NCBI GenBank assembly: GCA_017462015.1 | Contig: JAFTRX010000078.1 | Coordinates: forward strand, 42,740-106,739 | Reading direction: 5' to 3' | Length of the DNA: 64,000 nt | DNA from: Lentisphaeria bacterium | GTDB lineage: Bacteria; Verrucomicrobiota; Lentisphaeria; Victivallales; Victivallaceae | In this document: piece after piece, positions 9,896 to 19,926 of the stretch | Layout of the letters: the number at the start of each line of letters is the position of its first letter | Position numbering within the stretch: position 1 is the first letter of the stretch | Program-made: the position numbers and the translations under genes | Notes under the pieces: generated by a model | What the model was told of the DNA's origin: nothing | Seen by the model: the letters and a program-made list of their open reading frames with translations, nothing else | The model's database searches: none

Positions 9896-10600
9896 TTACT
9901 TTGTCAACAACTCTTTGATTTCACTTTCGCTTAAATCCCGGTATTTTCCACAGGGAAGCGTTCCCAGTTCCACACTGCCGATGGCGACCCGGATCAGCCG
10001 TTTGGTCGGCGCTCCGGCGGCGGCGGTCAGGCGGCGGATCTCCCGCTTTTTGCCTTCGTTCAAAATAATCTCATAGCGGCACTTTGCCAACTCTTTTATC
10101 GAGATGACTTTGAGCATCTCTCCATCATCCATGATACCTGTGACCATCTGCTGCTGCCACTTGGGCGTGACCGGTTGTGCGGTGGTCACTTCGTACCGCT
10201 TCAAAACTCCGTATCTCGGATGCGCGAGGTGGTTGATAAACTCTCCGTCATCGGAAAAAATTATCGCGCCTTCGCTCTCTTTATCCAATCTTCCGGCAGA
10301 TACCATCCGCGCTCCGGGGATATCTATCAACTCCACCGCCAGTTTTTCGGCGTGGCTGTCGGCATTACTGCACACATAACCACGCGGTTTGTGCAGCAGA
10401 ACATAGTGCCGCTTCTCCGGCGGTGCCACCACTTTGCCGTCAAGCGTCACTTTCATTCCGGACTCCACTTTAAATGCCGGGTCGCAAATTTTTACGCCAT
10501 CGACTTCAACATGCCCGTTCCGGACTAACTCTTCTGCTTTGCGCCGCGATGCGGCACCGCATGAACTTATATATTTTACAATGTACATCATAATATTCAT
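9896..10600 (-). CDS. Pseudouridine synthase, RsuA/RluB family (S4 domain plus catalytic domain)
   Basis: S4-like N-terminus (GAASRRKAEELVRNGHVEVDG) and catalytic motif GRLDKESEGAIIFSDDGEF. The start is ambiguous among three nearby ATGs. Confidence 0.8.
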   Translation of the reverse strand: MNIMMYIVKYISSCGAASRRKAEELVRNGHVEVDGVKICDPAFKVESGMKVTLDGKVVAPPEKRHYVLLHKPRGYVCSNADSHAEKLAVELIDIPGARMVSAGRLDKESEGAIIFSDDGEFINHLAHPRYGVLKRYEVTTAQPVTPKWQQQMVTGIMDDGEMLKVISIKELAKCRYEIILNEGKKREIRRLTAAAGAPTKRLIRVAIGSVELGTLPCGKYRDLSESEIKELLTK

Positions 10601-10631
10601 AATTTATCACCACAGTGCAGTGATTGCAAGG

Positions 10632-10660
10632 TTGCCAAAAACAATTTCCGCATGTATATT
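10632..10660 (+). promoter_or_regulatory. Putative sigma-70 promoter of rsmI (TTGCCA-17-TATATT)
   Basis: TTGCCA at 10632-10637, a 17-nt spacer, and TATATT at 10655-10660. It lies 38 nt upstream of the rsmI ATG and is followed by AGGAGG. Confidence 0.45.
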
Positions 10661-10697
10661 ACCTTGTATGTACAATTTTTATCAGAAGGAGGTTTTT

Positions 10698-11363
10698 ATG
10701 CCCGGTCAGCTTTATGTGGTGAGTACGCCCATCGGTAATTTGGAAGATATAACTTTGCGCGCTTTGCGCATCCTGAAAGAAGTTGATATTATCGCCGCCG
10801 AAGATACCCGTCACACCCGCCAGCTTCTCAGCCACTTCGACATCCACGGCAAAAAACTTGTCAGCTGTCACGCCTTCAACGAACATGACAAAGTCTCCCA
10901 ACTCCTTGCCGACGTCGAAAACGGTTCCTCTCTCGCCCTTGTTTCCGATGCCGGAACACCTTCTGTTGCCGACCCCGGCTTTCTCCTCGTCCGCAGCGCT
11001 CTGGAACGCGGCTTGGAACCGGTGGTGATCCCCGGCGTTTCCGCTGTCACCTTTGCTGTCACCGCCTCCGGCTTGCCGGTGGACTCTTTCACTTTCCGCA
11101 ACTTCGCCCCGGTCAAGCCCGGTAAGCGCAGTAAATTTTTTGAGTCTCTCGTCTCCGATGAGCGCACCTCTTTCTTCTTTGAATCCCCCTTCCGTATTGA
11201 ACGCACTCTCAAAGAGCTTGCTGCGCTCAAACCCGATGCTCAAATTGCCGTTATCCGCGAAGCGACTAAACTCCACGAAGAGATCCTTCGCGGTTCCGCC
11301 TCCGATCTCGCCTCTCTCTCCCGCTCCTGGAAGGGCGAGTTAGTCATCGGCATCCATCCTTGA
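10698..11363 (+). CDS. rsmI: 16S rRNA (cytidine1402-2'-O)-methyltransferase RsmI
   Basis: MPGQLYVVSTPIGNLEDITLRALRILKEVDIIAAEDTRHTRQLL is the classic RsmI tetrapyrrole-methylase-like N-terminus. ATG at 10698 lies behind AGGAGG. The upstream part of track ORF 10434.. has no support. Confidence 0.9.
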   Translation: MPGQLYVVSTPIGNLEDITLRALRILKEVDIIAAEDTRHTRQLLSHFDIHGKKLVSCHAFNEHDKVSQLLADVENGSSLALVSDAGTPSVADPGFLLVRSALERGLEPVVIPGVSAVTFAVTASGLPVDSFTFRNFAPVKPGKRSKFFESLVSDERTSFFFESPFRIERTLKELAALKPDAQIAVIREATKLHEEILRGSASDLASLSRSWKGELVIGIHP

Positions 11364-11367
11364 TGGC

Positions 11368-11535
11368 GGGGCGGCGATCTCGCTTGCTCCCGCGAGCCTT
11401 GCGGTCGTCGCCGCTCGGGTCGAGGACAGTAGTCCACTCCCCTCGCTGCGTTTTTGGGGGCGGCGATCTTGCTTGCTCCCGCGAGCCTTGCGGTCGTCGC
11501 CGCTCGGGTCGAGGACAGTAGTCCACTCCCCTCGC
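11368..11535. repeat. Tandem direct repeat, two 79-nt GC-rich structured units with an 89-bp period
   Basis: Units 11368-11446 and 11457-11535 are identical except for one C/T difference (gatctCgc versus gatctTgc). Each unit contains GCGGCGA...TCGCCGC and CTCGC...GCGAG inverted repeats. Confidence 0.9.
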
Positions 11536-11657
11536 GGCTCCTCGGCAAAACTCGCGGATAGCGGCGCGATATCGCCGCCTATTGAGTTGGCTGGAGGGTG
11601 TGTCGCCTGTCGGCGACCAGGGTAGTGGTAGTGGGCGCCACCTGCCGGTGGCTTATG

Positions 11658-11679
11658 AACGCCTTGCGGCGTTTTTTTT
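11658..11679 (+). terminator. Rho-independent terminator (rsmI side)
   Basis: AACGCC-ttgc-GGCGTT hairpin immediately followed by a T8 run. Confidence 0.6.
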
Positions 11680-11732
11680 CGGCGTGCGCCCGTCCACTCC
11701 GCCCGTCCACTACGCCGCAGTGCGCCGGTTGC

Positions 11733-11760
11733 AAAAAAAAGCGGCAGGGAAGCCTGCCGC
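11733..11760 (-). terminator. Rho-independent terminator of the minus-strand glycan operon
   Basis: On the minus strand GCGGCAGG-cttc-CCTGCCGC is followed by T8. It lies 44 nt downstream of the stop at 11804. Confidence 0.7.
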
Positions 11761-11803
11761 TGATTTAAGTTGGCGCGCACTGGAACGCGCCGGAAACTTG
11801 CCC

Positions 11804-13936
11804 TTACTTGAGTTGGAAGAGTTCTGCTTTGCCCAGATCGATTTTGCCTTTGCCGGAGATCAGCATGGCGATCGCACCGATACCGGACGGAGCTTTGACC
11901 CGGACGACAGCTTTATAGACGTTGTTGCCCTGCGGGGTCAGATTGACGGTGTAGTGAAGAGCATCCTGTGTCCAGCGCATTTTCTCATTCATCCACTTGA
12001 CCGCCATGGAAACGGGCTGATCGGAACTTACCTGCAAAGTCAATTCGTAGCAGTTGCCGGGGACGGCTTTAACCGCCTGATAGATGAAACCGTTTTCCAG
12101 AACGCCCTTGATCTCACCTTTGCCGTTGGGCAGGTAGACAAACTTCTTTGCTCCGGGACTCCACGGGCGGTAGCTGGGACCGGGACGTTTGGCAGTGAAA
12201 TCCGGATTCATGAGCAAGTTGGCTCCGGTGCGGTTCATGCCGTCAGGAGTTTTGAGGATGGCGGGCATCGGTTTCTGAACGGCGGGTTTTGGTGCCGGTT
12301 TTTTGACAACTTTTTTCTTTGGCATCAACCGCTTGGGCGAATCGACCAGATCGGGGATCGGGAAAAGTTCACAGCTCTCGACGCAGCAGTTGTCGGCGGC
12401 ATCATTCTGATTTTTGCAGGTGAGGTTGAAGTGCAGAACCGGAGCTTCTTCGGGAACCGTGACCACCATCTTCACCGTTTCCAGCTTGCCGGTAGGCGGA
12501 ATCTCTGCTGAGACGCTTCTGCCGATGAACCAGTCGCTTTTGCCATTTTCAAAACGCCAGGTGAATCTGGCATGGAGCGAAACCGCAGGCGAAGCGGCGG
12601 TACGGGTGACTTTTCCCTTCAGCACCAGAAGGTAACGTTTATCCGGCTGAAGAGTGACCAACTGGGACAAATTGGTCTCTCCGGCATTGTGGAACACTGC
12701 CGCATTTTTGCCGTTGATTTGTTTGACAACAACACTGCCGTTGGAATTTTTGCCCTGCCACAATCCCCATTTGTTCGGGAATTTTTGGGCGTTGGGAGCA
12801 AAGGTCGGGTTGTTGAGTACATTTTTACTTTTGCTGCGGGCGATGATTTTTTCGGCGAAAGCAATGGGGTCATGTACACCTTCAAAAATTTCGGTTATGC
12901 CGGGGAGCCAGTTCTCCCAGGTTTTGGCAGTCCATCCGTCAACTTTGCCGCCGTGCCAGGAGCGGTATTCGCTCCAGGTCCAGACGTATTCATCGGAAAC
13001 GGCGATGCAGTTTTCGAGGTGGCGGCGGAGAAATTCGCTCATGCTGTATTTTTCCGATCCGAGGCGGACGATGCGGTTCCAGAGCATACCTTCCTGCTGA
13101 GGAATGACACATTCGAGGTAGATTGCCGGAGCAAAGCTGACCTGACTCAAATATTTAGTCCGGTGTTCGGGGGCGAAACGTGCCGCGCCCTTTTTGACTT
13201 CGTTGGCTCCGCGGTGGAGATCGGCAAGCGAACTTGCGGTGTAGCCGCGGCTTTCGTGACCATCGACCAGACGGGCGGTCGGCGGCAGAACGTCAAAAAC
13301 TCCGTTCATAAAGCCGACAAAGACCGGACTGTTGGCGTAGCTGTGCAGGAAGTAACAGAAAATCACGATATCAGGAAACTCTTTGAAGATGGCTTTGCCC
13401 CACGCCTGACCGCGTTCACGCGCTTTTGCGGCGATCTCGCCGATGGTGTGATTGCGCGTTCCGATGCGTCCCCAGAGGTGAGCGGAATACTCTTCCGGGT
13501 CAAAGATGATGCCCTTCATGCCGGTCTCTCTGGCGATTCTGGCAACGATACCGAAGTTGTTGACCACGCTCGCCCAGTCGCTGTCGTTGAACCACTCCAC
13601 ATCACCGGGCATCACCCCGGTACCGATAAAGTTGTCGGTGAACTTGACGAATTTGGTGTTTTTCAGGTTTTCGACATCCTGTTTGAACCATTCATACTTC
13701 CACGCCAGCTTGCCGAAGATCTGGCGGACACCGACACCTTTACCTTCGCCGGTACCTTCCAAGTGGATGCGGATACCCTGATAGGGGGTGGTTTTTTCCA
13801 TGTGGGCGATATTTTTCCGCAGGAAATCGGTACGCGGATTCGACCATGAACATTCAATGAATTTCTTCTTTACCGGCGCGGCGCTGACGGCGATCGCCGC
13901 CAGCACTGCACAGGAAGCGAACAATGTTTTTTTCAT
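11804..13936 (-). CDS. Secreted multi-domain protein of unknown family; probably carbohydrate-active, with two C-terminal beta-sandwich-like modules
   Basis: 710-aa ORF with a signal peptide (MKKTLFASCAVLAAIAVSAAP). A large N-terminal domain is followed by a Lys/Pro linker (PKKKVVKKPAPKPAVQKP) separating two ~130-aa modules. It is the last gene of the hydrolase operon. The function is inferred from context only. Confidence 0.55.
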   Translation of the reverse strand: MKKTLFASCAVLAAIAVSAAPVKKKFIECSWSNPRTDFLRKNIAHMEKTTPYQGIRIHLEGTGEGKGVGVRQIFGKLAWKYEWFKQDVENLKNTKFVKFTDNFIGTGVMPGDVEWFNDSDWASVVNNFGIVARIARETGMKGIIFDPEEYSAHLWGRIGTRNHTIGEIAAKARERGQAWGKAIFKEFPDIVIFCYFLHSYANSPVFVGFMNGVFDVLPPTARLVDGHESRGYTASSLADLHRGANEVKKGAARFAPEHRTKYLSQVSFAPAIYLECVIPQQEGMLWNRIVRLGSEKYSMSEFLRRHLENCIAVSDEYVWTWSEYRSWHGGKVDGWTAKTWENWLPGITEIFEGVHDPIAFAEKIIARSKSKNVLNNPTFAPNAQKFPNKWGLWQGKNSNGSVVVKQINGKNAAVFHNAGETNLSQLVTLQPDKRYLLVLKGKVTRTAASPAVSLHARFTWRFENGKSDWFIGRSVSAEIPPTGKLETVKMVVTVPEEAPVLHFNLTCKNQNDAADNCCVESCELFPIPDLVDSPKRLMPKKKVVKKPAPKPAVQKPMPAILKTPDGMNRTGANLLMNPDFTAKRPGPSYRPWSPGAKKFVYLPNGKGEIKGVLENGFIYQAVKAVPGNCYELTLQVSSDQPVSMAVKWMNEKMRWTQDALHYTVNLTPQGNNVYKAVVRVKAPSGIGAIAMLISGKGKIDLGKAELFQLK

Positions 13937-13948
13937 ATTTTCCTCCAG

Positions 13949-14695
13949 TTACATACCGAGTTTGCCGCTAAAGTAGAAATATTTTTTGATCTCATCATTT
14001 TTTACTAAACCATCACGTTCAGCAAGAGTCGTGGGAAGAGTGAGTGCAGATCCGTCAGCGCGGACTGCATTTGCTCCGCTGCGGTGGGTCTTGACTCCCA
14101 GGCGTTTGGCATGCGCAGTGGAGTTCCAGGAGAAGTACCAGCCGGTGGAGTCTTTGTTGTCCTTGTCTTTGTCTGCCATCATGATGAAGCTCAGGTTTTT
14201 AAGCTGAGAATATTTGCGGACGCGGAACCAGGTATTGTGCACATTCTGGTTCCAGTTGCCTGCTTCATAGTTGGGGACATAGGCTTTGGCATTCAAAACT
14301 TCATTCTGCCAGCCGGGGTTGACCAGAATATGGTTGGTCTGGTTGCGCAGCAGATGGTTTTCCGGACAGAACCAACCCGTCGGGATGGGGGATTTGTACT
14401 TTACGCCAAAATACGGCATGAAACAGAACCACGGACGGTATCCGCCGACGCTTGTGGTGTTGGCACTGTCGGTCATAGCCATGTATTCGTCATAATCTTT
14501 GGCATACTGCTGATAGGCGTTGCCGATCTGTTTAAAATTGTTGATGCAGCTTACAGAACGGGCGCGGGCGCGGGCGCTCTGCAGAGCGGGCAGCAATACT
14601 GCTGCCAATATCGCTATAATAGCAATCACGACCAGAAGTTCGATGAGGGTGAAGTGTTCACGCTTTTCTTTGGGGCATCGGGACAAATTTTTCAT
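13949..14695 (-). CDS. Prepilin-type N-terminal cleavage/methylation domain protein, H-X9-DG (DUF1559-like) family
   Basis: [24 protein letters not shown] is a class III signal and pilin helix. [10 protein letters not shown] motif follows. The C-terminal [12 protein letters not shown] matches H-X9-DG exactly. Confidence 0.85.
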   Translation of the reverse strand: MKNLSRCPKEKREHFTLIELLVVIAIIAILAAVLLPALQSARARARSVSCINNFKQIGNAYQQYAKDYDEYMAMTDSANTTSVGGYRPWFCFMPYFGVKYKSPIPTGWFCPENHLLRNQTNHILVNPGWQNEVLNAKAYVPNYEAGNWNQNVHNTWFRVRKYSQLKNLSFIMMADKDKDNKDSTGWYFSWNSTAHAKRLGVKTHRSGANAVRADGSALTLPTTLAERDGLVKNDEIKKYFYFSGKLGM

Positions 14696-14712
14696 AACCG
14701 TATTCTCCTTTT

Positions 14713-16263
14713 TTAAAACAAGGCGTTGATATCTTTTACACTTTCACGGACCACGATGTTGCCGCCGTCAAAGTTGACTCTGACACTTGAGGGCCAGCTT
14801 CCGTAACCGGCAGTACCGGAACGCATGCTCGGCAGATAACCTCCGGTACCGCAGGCAAGCTGGATAAGGAAGGTCTGCACCGCATTGCTTCCACCTTTGA
14901 TACGGTCGCCGTAGTCGAGGTAAAGTTCAAACGGATTGGTGGCAAAAACCATATCGCCCAGACGGATGGTATGCAGTTCCATCTTGAAATTTTCGGGCGG
15001 GTTTTTGAAACGCTCTATCACTCCGAGCTGTCCGGGGAGACTGCCATCGTAAACGGTTCCCTTGTCTTTGAAATATTTTTCCAGATATTTGGCTTTTTCC
15101 GTTGCCGCTTTGGCTTCGGCAGCGGTGATGAGCCGGGGCGGAAGCTCCAAAACGCGGCGGGAATATTTGAAAATCAAATCTCCGGTCGCGGTGGCACTGA
15201 TGGCGGGAATGACATCTTCCAATCCTGCCATGATGCGGCGGGCGATCTCTCTCCGGCGTGCCATGCCGTAATCGTGATCGTACACGCGGGTGATCCACTT
15301 CCAGTTGGGCAGAGCTTTGTTCTGCTGCTGCTTGAGGAGCATCATGCGTTCATCGGCGCGGCGGTTGAGTATCTTGTGCGGGCTGAGGTCACCGGCAGGA
15401 GAACACTGCGGCAGGATATAGACATTTTTACCGTAACGGCTGGCGACACTTTCTCTGACTTCGTTCCAGTAGTCCGCAGAAACGACCTTCCACGCTTCAC
15501 TCACCTGTGAGGGGCAAGCCAGATTGATGACCAGACCGGTCAGTTTGCCGCAGGGAGTGTAGGTGGCAAGGATGTTGAGCGAGTTATCGACGTGACCTTC
15601 AGCGTGGAGCATCCGGGGATCGTTTTCCATGCCGTACATCAGACCGCCGATCTTATCCATGGTGATGCGGCGACATTCGCCGATGGCGGCACTGCCCATG
15701 CCGTAAGCGACCTTTCCGGGAGCGCGGTTCTTCCACGCCTGAACGGCGGCGGCAGTGATCTGCTTGACCAGAAATTCAAAGTACATTTCGCTGTCAACAA
15801 AGTTGGGATATTTCTTCTTCATTGCCGCGACATCGACACCGCAGTTGCCTTTGCCCATGATTTTGCCTTTGCCGACCGGCTTGAAGAGCTTCATGCAATC
15901 TTCGATCGGGACCACGGCACCGTATTGCGGTGCGGTATGGGTGTGGGTAACAAAGGTGATGATATTTTCCGGAGCAAAGCCGATGGCAGCTTTGATGCTC
16001 TTGCGGACAGCGGCGAGCAGATAGGTGTCAAAGCCGCAATGGTCGAGAGAGATCATCATGACTTGAGTTTTGCCGTTATCCAGCACCAGAACCGTGGTGC
16101 TGATCGGGTCCAGAACTTCTGTCGCCAGACGATTGCTCTTCTGACCGTGGAGCATGGTTGGACCAGTGGGAGTGACATCCGCCTTGCCCCAACCGATCTT
16201 CAGCGGCGCAGCCATCAGCATAACGCCGGAGACCGCCAGAAACAGGATAATTGACTTTTTCAT
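14713..16263 (-). CDS. Neutral/alkaline ceramidase-like N-terminal-domain hydrolase, secreted paralog
   Basis: Signal peptide, then [11 protein letters not shown] and the HTH motif ([11 protein letters not shown]), as in the ceramidase-like family. It is a tandem paralog of 16282..17784. Confidence 0.6.
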   Translation of the reverse strand: MKKSIILFLAVSGVMLMAAPLKIGWGKADVTPTGPTMLHGQKSNRLATEVLDPISTTVLVLDNGKTQVMMISLDHCGFDTYLLAAVRKSIKAAIGFAPENIITFVTHTHTAPQYGAVVPIEDCMKLFKPVGKGKIMGKGNCGVDVAAMKKKYPNFVDSEMYFEFLVKQITAAAVQAWKNRAPGKVAYGMGSAAIGECRRITMDKIGGLMYGMENDPRMLHAEGHVDNSLNILATYTPCGKLTGLVINLACPSQVSEAWKVVSADYWNEVRESVASRYGKNVYILPQCSPAGDLSPHKILNRRADERMMLLKQQQNKALPNWKWITRVYDHDYGMARRREIARRIMAGLEDVIPAISATATGDLIFKYSRRVLELPPRLITAAEAKAATEKAKYLEKYFKDKGTVYDGSLPGQLGVIERFKNPPENFKMELHTIRLGDMVFATNPFELYLDYGDRIKGGSNAVQTFLIQLACGTGGYLPSMRSGTAGYGSWPSSVRVNFDGGNIVVRESVKDINALF

Positions 16264-16281
16264 TTAACACACCTCCTTATA

Positions 16282-17784
16282 TTAGAATAATTTATTGATT
16301 TCTTCAATCGTTTCCGCCGCCAGGATATTACCGCCTTCGCAGGAGACGATACAGCTTGATGGCCAGCTGCCGTAACCGCTGGTTCCGGAACGGGAACTGG
16401 GCAGGTAACTGCCGCGACCGGCGGCGAGCTGAACCAGAAAAGTTTGAACCGCTTTGCTTCCACCTTTGATACGGTCGCCGTAGTCGAGGTAAAGTTCAAA
16501 CGGATTGGTGGCAAAAACCGCATCGCCGATACGCATGACGTGGAGTTCCACATCGACCGGCGGCGGCGGATTTTTAAAGGTATCGACAACGCGCAGCTGC
16601 GCCGGAACGCAACCGTTGTAAACTTCGTTCCGGGCGGCAAAGAGTTTCTTGTTTTCCTCCGCTGATTTGGCGGCTGCCTCCGCTTCTTCGGCAGTAGCCA
16701 CTCTCGGCGGAAGAGCGAGCTGTTTGAACTCTTTCTTCAAGACCGGGGTGCTTTCGGCGGCGGAGGCGATGACGGGAAGGATATCTTCCAGAGCGACCGC
16801 GATGCGGCGGGCGATCTCCTTCCGGCGCGCCAGACCGTAATCCTGATTGTAAACGCGGGTCTGCCACTTCCAGTCGGGCAGAGCTTCATTCTGCTGTTGG
16901 CGCAGCAGCATCATGCGTTCATCGGCGCGGCGGCCGAGGAGCTTGTGGGGACTGATGTCACCGGCAGCACTGCACTGCGGCAGAATATAAATATCTTCAC
17001 CGAAACGGGCGGCGACCTCCAACCGGACTTCGTTCCAATAGTCCGCTGATATAACGCGCCACGCCTCGCCGACTTGGGCGGGGCAGGCGACATTCACCAG
17101 AATACCGGTGAGTTTGCCGCCGTTGTCATAAGTGGAAAGAACGTTGACGGTATGATCGACGTGACCTTCGGCGTGAAGTACATTGGGATCATCTTCCGGG
17201 GCATACATCAGACCGCCGCGATCTGCAGTGGTCAGACGGCGGCATTCGCCGACAACAGCAGTACCCTGACCGTAGGCGATCTTTCCGGGAACGCGGGTGT
17301 TCCACGCTTCGATGGCGGCACCGGAGATCTGTTCCAGCAGAAAGTCAAAATACTGCTCGCTGTCGATGAAATCGGGGTACTCTTTGCGTATTTCTTCCGG
17401 ATCGATACCCCGGTTGCCCAGATTGCCGAAACGTTTATCCTTTGACGGGAAATAGAGTTCCATGCACTTTTCCATCGGTACGATTTCCCCGTATTGCGGC
17501 GCACTGTGAGTGTGGGTCACCGAGAGCATGACCTTGTCTCCGGTAACGCCGGTCGCGGCAGTGATCTTTTCCCGGATGAGCTTCGGCAGATCACCGATGA
17601 TCGAAACCAGGTCGATGGAGATGATTATTGCACGATCTTCGCCGCTGTCGAAAGCAAGCGCCGTGGTGGTGAGTTTATCGATAACGCCTTCGGAAAAACG
17701 GTTGCCCATCTGCCCGGCGATCATAACGTGACCGGCGGGAGTGGTCTCCCGTCTTCCCCAACCGATTTTTATCTGTTCAGCCAT
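16282..17784 (-). CDS. Neutral/alkaline ceramidase-like N-terminal-domain hydrolase, paralog without an obvious signal peptide
   Basis: Starts MAEQIKIGWGRRETTP and carries VTHTHSAPQYG. It is colinear with the neighbouring paralog over its full length. Confidence 0.6.
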   Translation of the reverse strand: MAEQIKIGWGRRETTPAGHVMIAGQMGNRFSEGVIDKLTTTALAFDSGEDRAIIISIDLVSIIGDLPKLIREKITAATGVTGDKVMLSVTHTHSAPQYGEIVPMEKCMELYFPSKDKRFGNLGNRGIDPEEIRKEYPDFIDSEQYFDFLLEQISGAAIEAWNTRVPGKIAYGQGTAVVGECRRLTTADRGGLMYAPEDDPNVLHAEGHVDHTVNVLSTYDNGGKLTGILVNVACPAQVGEAWRVISADYWNEVRLEVAARFGEDIYILPQCSAAGDISPHKLLGRRADERMMLLRQQQNEALPDWKWQTRVYNQDYGLARRKEIARRIAVALEDILPVIASAAESTPVLKKEFKQLALPPRVATAEEAEAAAKSAEENKKLFAARNEVYNGCVPAQLRVVDTFKNPPPPVDVELHVMRIGDAVFATNPFELYLDYGDRIKGGSKAVQTFLVQLAAGRGSYLPSSRSGTSGYGSWPSSCIVSCEGGNILAAETIEEINKLF

Positions 17785-17798
17785 AGTATGTTTCCTTT

Positions 17799-19793
17799 TC
17801 AGATAGAGAGCAAATAGTAGATGGATGGATAGGTGTCGCCGATACGGATCTTGCGGATGCCGTCTTCAACCGTTGACGGAACGATACCGGTGTAAGCTCC
17901 ATCCGGGTCGATGCTCCACAACTTTGCGGCATTGGCACTGTTTTTCAACTTGATGTCGGCGTTGATGACCTCAAAGATGACCGGGCCGTGACCGATGTCG
18001 ATACGCTCCGTATGTTTGGGGTTGTAGACGGTGCCGCTGTTGTCGGCGCGGCCGACGGCAGTGATGAGGATCAAACGTGCGGAATTAAGATCTTCTCCGG
18101 TGAGAGAGGTAAGTGTCACCGTGGCAAAACCGCCATCGAAGGTGATGTCCATATCTTTGAGCGAAACCGTCTGGCCGGGTTTGAATCTGCCGTAGACCGA
18201 TTTGGTGCGGGCGGTGTCGATCCAGCCGTAACCATCCTTCCAGCTGCGGAAGAGTTCGCCGGTATCGGAGAGAACGTGGTCCTGATCCAGTTCGGCAGGA
18301 CCCATTTCATCCGGACCGATGGCGTTGGCGGGAATGTCACTTCCGGGGAGACGAAGTTCCGTTTTGTGTTTTTCGCAGTTGACCATCGCTTCGATGTTGG
18401 GCAGATTGTGGTTCGCCATACCGTGAACGGGATTGTAGATATCCTTTTCGGTCAAAGCGATGACCTGTGTCTCCTTTGCCGGGGCAACGTCACCGCGGCG
18501 GTACATCAGAGATGCCGCGTAGAACAAGCCGAATTTGGCAGGGTCCATAAAAGTTTCAAAGTTTCTCCGGTAGGCGATGCCGCCGAGGATGGTTCCGCCC
18601 ATGCAGTCCGCCGGAACCGAACGGTAACGGTAGGTGTGCAGTGTGGTTCCGCTCCACTCCTGGAACGCCGCCATTGATGCCACAAACAGTGGGGATTCAG
18701 CGCGCCATTCGTTGGGCCAGACCATATCCCATTCGGAGATGACCAGCGGTTTGCCTTCCAGACGGATCTTGGAGGGGACCATGCCGAAGACCTCTTTGCG
18801 TTCCGCGCACAAATCTTTGTTGTGACCTTCATCGCCCCAGAGATCCCAGTAAACGTTGGAGCAGGTGAAGTCCATATCCCGCAGTGCGGACGGCAGGGTC
18901 AGACCCCGGCTCCAGGTGTTGCCGGAGATCGGGATTTTCACTCCGATGGAACGCAGGTATGCGCTCATTTCATCGTAGTAGCTCTTCTGGATATCGTGAT
19001 AGAAGCGCAAAATGGTTTCATCCGGCTCTTTCTTGCGGAAATCGAAGGAGTAATCTTCCGGAATTTCCAGTCCGGGCATATTCTTTTCCGCCCAGGCGCG
19101 GAACTTGTTCAGCAGCCGGGTGCGGTACGGTTCGGCAACCACCGGGAAGGGCTGGTTGAACATGTCGTTTTCATTGGTCAGGGCGACCATCGCCATACCC
19201 GGGTCATCGACCAGTGCTTTGCCGGTGTAGGGGTTGACGTGGGTCAGAAGCTGGCTGGCATACTCTTTCTGAAGCGCGCGCAGATCATCGTCGAAGATGG
19301 AGTAAGGCTTGGCTCCGTTGGGGGCGAGATCGTAAACATTTTCCAGACCGTCGCCCTCTTTGAAGGTGCGGTAGACCAGAAGATCCATGAAGATGTAGAT
19401 ACCCTCTTTTTCCAGTGCGCTGATAAGGTAGTCAAAGCGGTCAAGACTGACCGGATCGAGTTTGCGCGTGCAGTCAAGAAGAGTGCCTTTGGTGAAGTGG
19501 AAGATGTTTGGGGTCGCCCACTCCGCATCGAACTGGTGCAGACGGACCATGTTGATACCGAACTTGGCAAGCCGCCGTGCGACTTTGTCCGCTTCGTGAT
19601 GTTCGGGGAAGCAGGCGGCGGAGTTGATAAGAACGCCCCAGAAGCGCGCGGTTTTGCCGTTTTCAAACTCAAACTGCCCATTGTTATTTTTAATAAATCC
19701 ATATTTTCCCGCCGGAACCTCATCGGCAAAAAGCGGGGAAATATCCAGAGGTGCATCATCCCAGCGGAATGTATACTCTGCCCATTTGCTCAT
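17799..19793 (-). CDS. Clan GH-A (GH5-like TIM barrel) glycoside hydrolase with a C-terminal beta-rich region
   Basis: GINMVRLHQFD, LTNENDMF (acid/base NE) and VISEWD (nucleophile E) are spaced as in clan GH-A. Start placed at ATG 19793 (MSKWAEY), 10 nt after GGAG. The track start is 19820. Confidence 0.7.
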   Translation of the reverse strand: MSKWAEYTFRWDDAPLDISPLFADEVPAGKYGFIKNNNGQFEFENGKTARFWGVLINSAACFPEHHEADKVARRLAKFGINMVRLHQFDAEWATPNIFHFTKGTLLDCTRKLDPVSLDRFDYLISALEKEGIYIFMDLLVYRTFKEGDGLENVYDLAPNGAKPYSIFDDDLRALQKEYASQLLTHVNPYTGKALVDDPGMAMVALTNENDMFNQPFPVVAEPYRTRLLNKFRAWAEKNMPGLEIPEDYSFDFRKKEPDETILRFYHDIQKSYYDEMSAYLRSIGVKIPISGNTWSRGLTLPSALRDMDFTCSNVYWDLWGDEGHNKDLCAERKEVFGMVPSKIRLEGKPLVISEWDMVWPNEWRAESPLFVASMAAFQEWSGTTLHTYRYRSVPADCMGGTILGGIAYRRNFETFMDPAKFGLFYAASLMYRRGDVAPAKETQVIALTEKDIYNPVHGMANHNLPNIEAMVNCEKHKTELRLPGSDIPANAIGPDEMGPAELDQDHVLSDTGELFRSWKDGYGWIDTARTKSVYGRFKPGQTVSLKDMDITFDGGFATVTLTSLTGEDLNSARLILITAVGRADNSGTVYNPKHTERIDIGHGPVIFEVINADIKLKNSANAAKLWSIDPDGAYTGIVPSTVEDGIRKIRIGDTYPSIYYLLSI

Positions 19794-19855
19794 TTTCAAT
19801 AAACTCCATAAATTCAACAATTCCCGCCGTCAAACCAAAAAAGCGGTCACCATTA

Positions 19856-19883
19856 AATATAACGAAAAACAGAAAATAAGCAA
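19856..19883 (-). promoter_or_regulatory. Putative promoter of the hydrolase operon (TTGCTT-16-TATATT)
   Basis: On the minus strand the sequence reads TTGCTT attttctgtttttcgt TATATT. It lies in the 133-nt gap between the araC-type gene and the GH gene. Confidence 0.35.
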
Positions 19884-19926
19884 TAGTTCCGACTTGGATT
19901 ATAGTATCAATAAATGCGAAATCGGC

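Noticed and set aside
11368-11535. Possibility that the tandem repeat is a CRISPR array or part of an RNase P/SRP-type RNA (GAGGACAGTAGTCC vaguely recalls GAGGAAAGTCC).
   Set aside because: There are only two copies, 79 nt long with a 10-nt gap, which is not a repeat-spacer organisation. There are no cas genes. A duplicated unit is incompatible with a single structured housekeeping RNA, and the other conserved RNase P/SRP blocks are absent.
11240-11780. Minus-strand ORFs (102, 146 and 60 aa) with repeated peptide PRPERRRPQGSREQARSPP.
   Set aside because: They lie across the 89-bp tandem repeat and the terminators. The peptide repetition only reflects the DNA repeat. They have no SD and an Arg/Pro-rich nonsense composition.
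12572-19802. Plus-strand ORFs of 425, 220, 229 and 326 aa across the hydrolase operon.
   Set aside because: All are antisense to minus-strand genes with signal peptides and catalytic motifs. High-GC third positions generate long open antisense frames.
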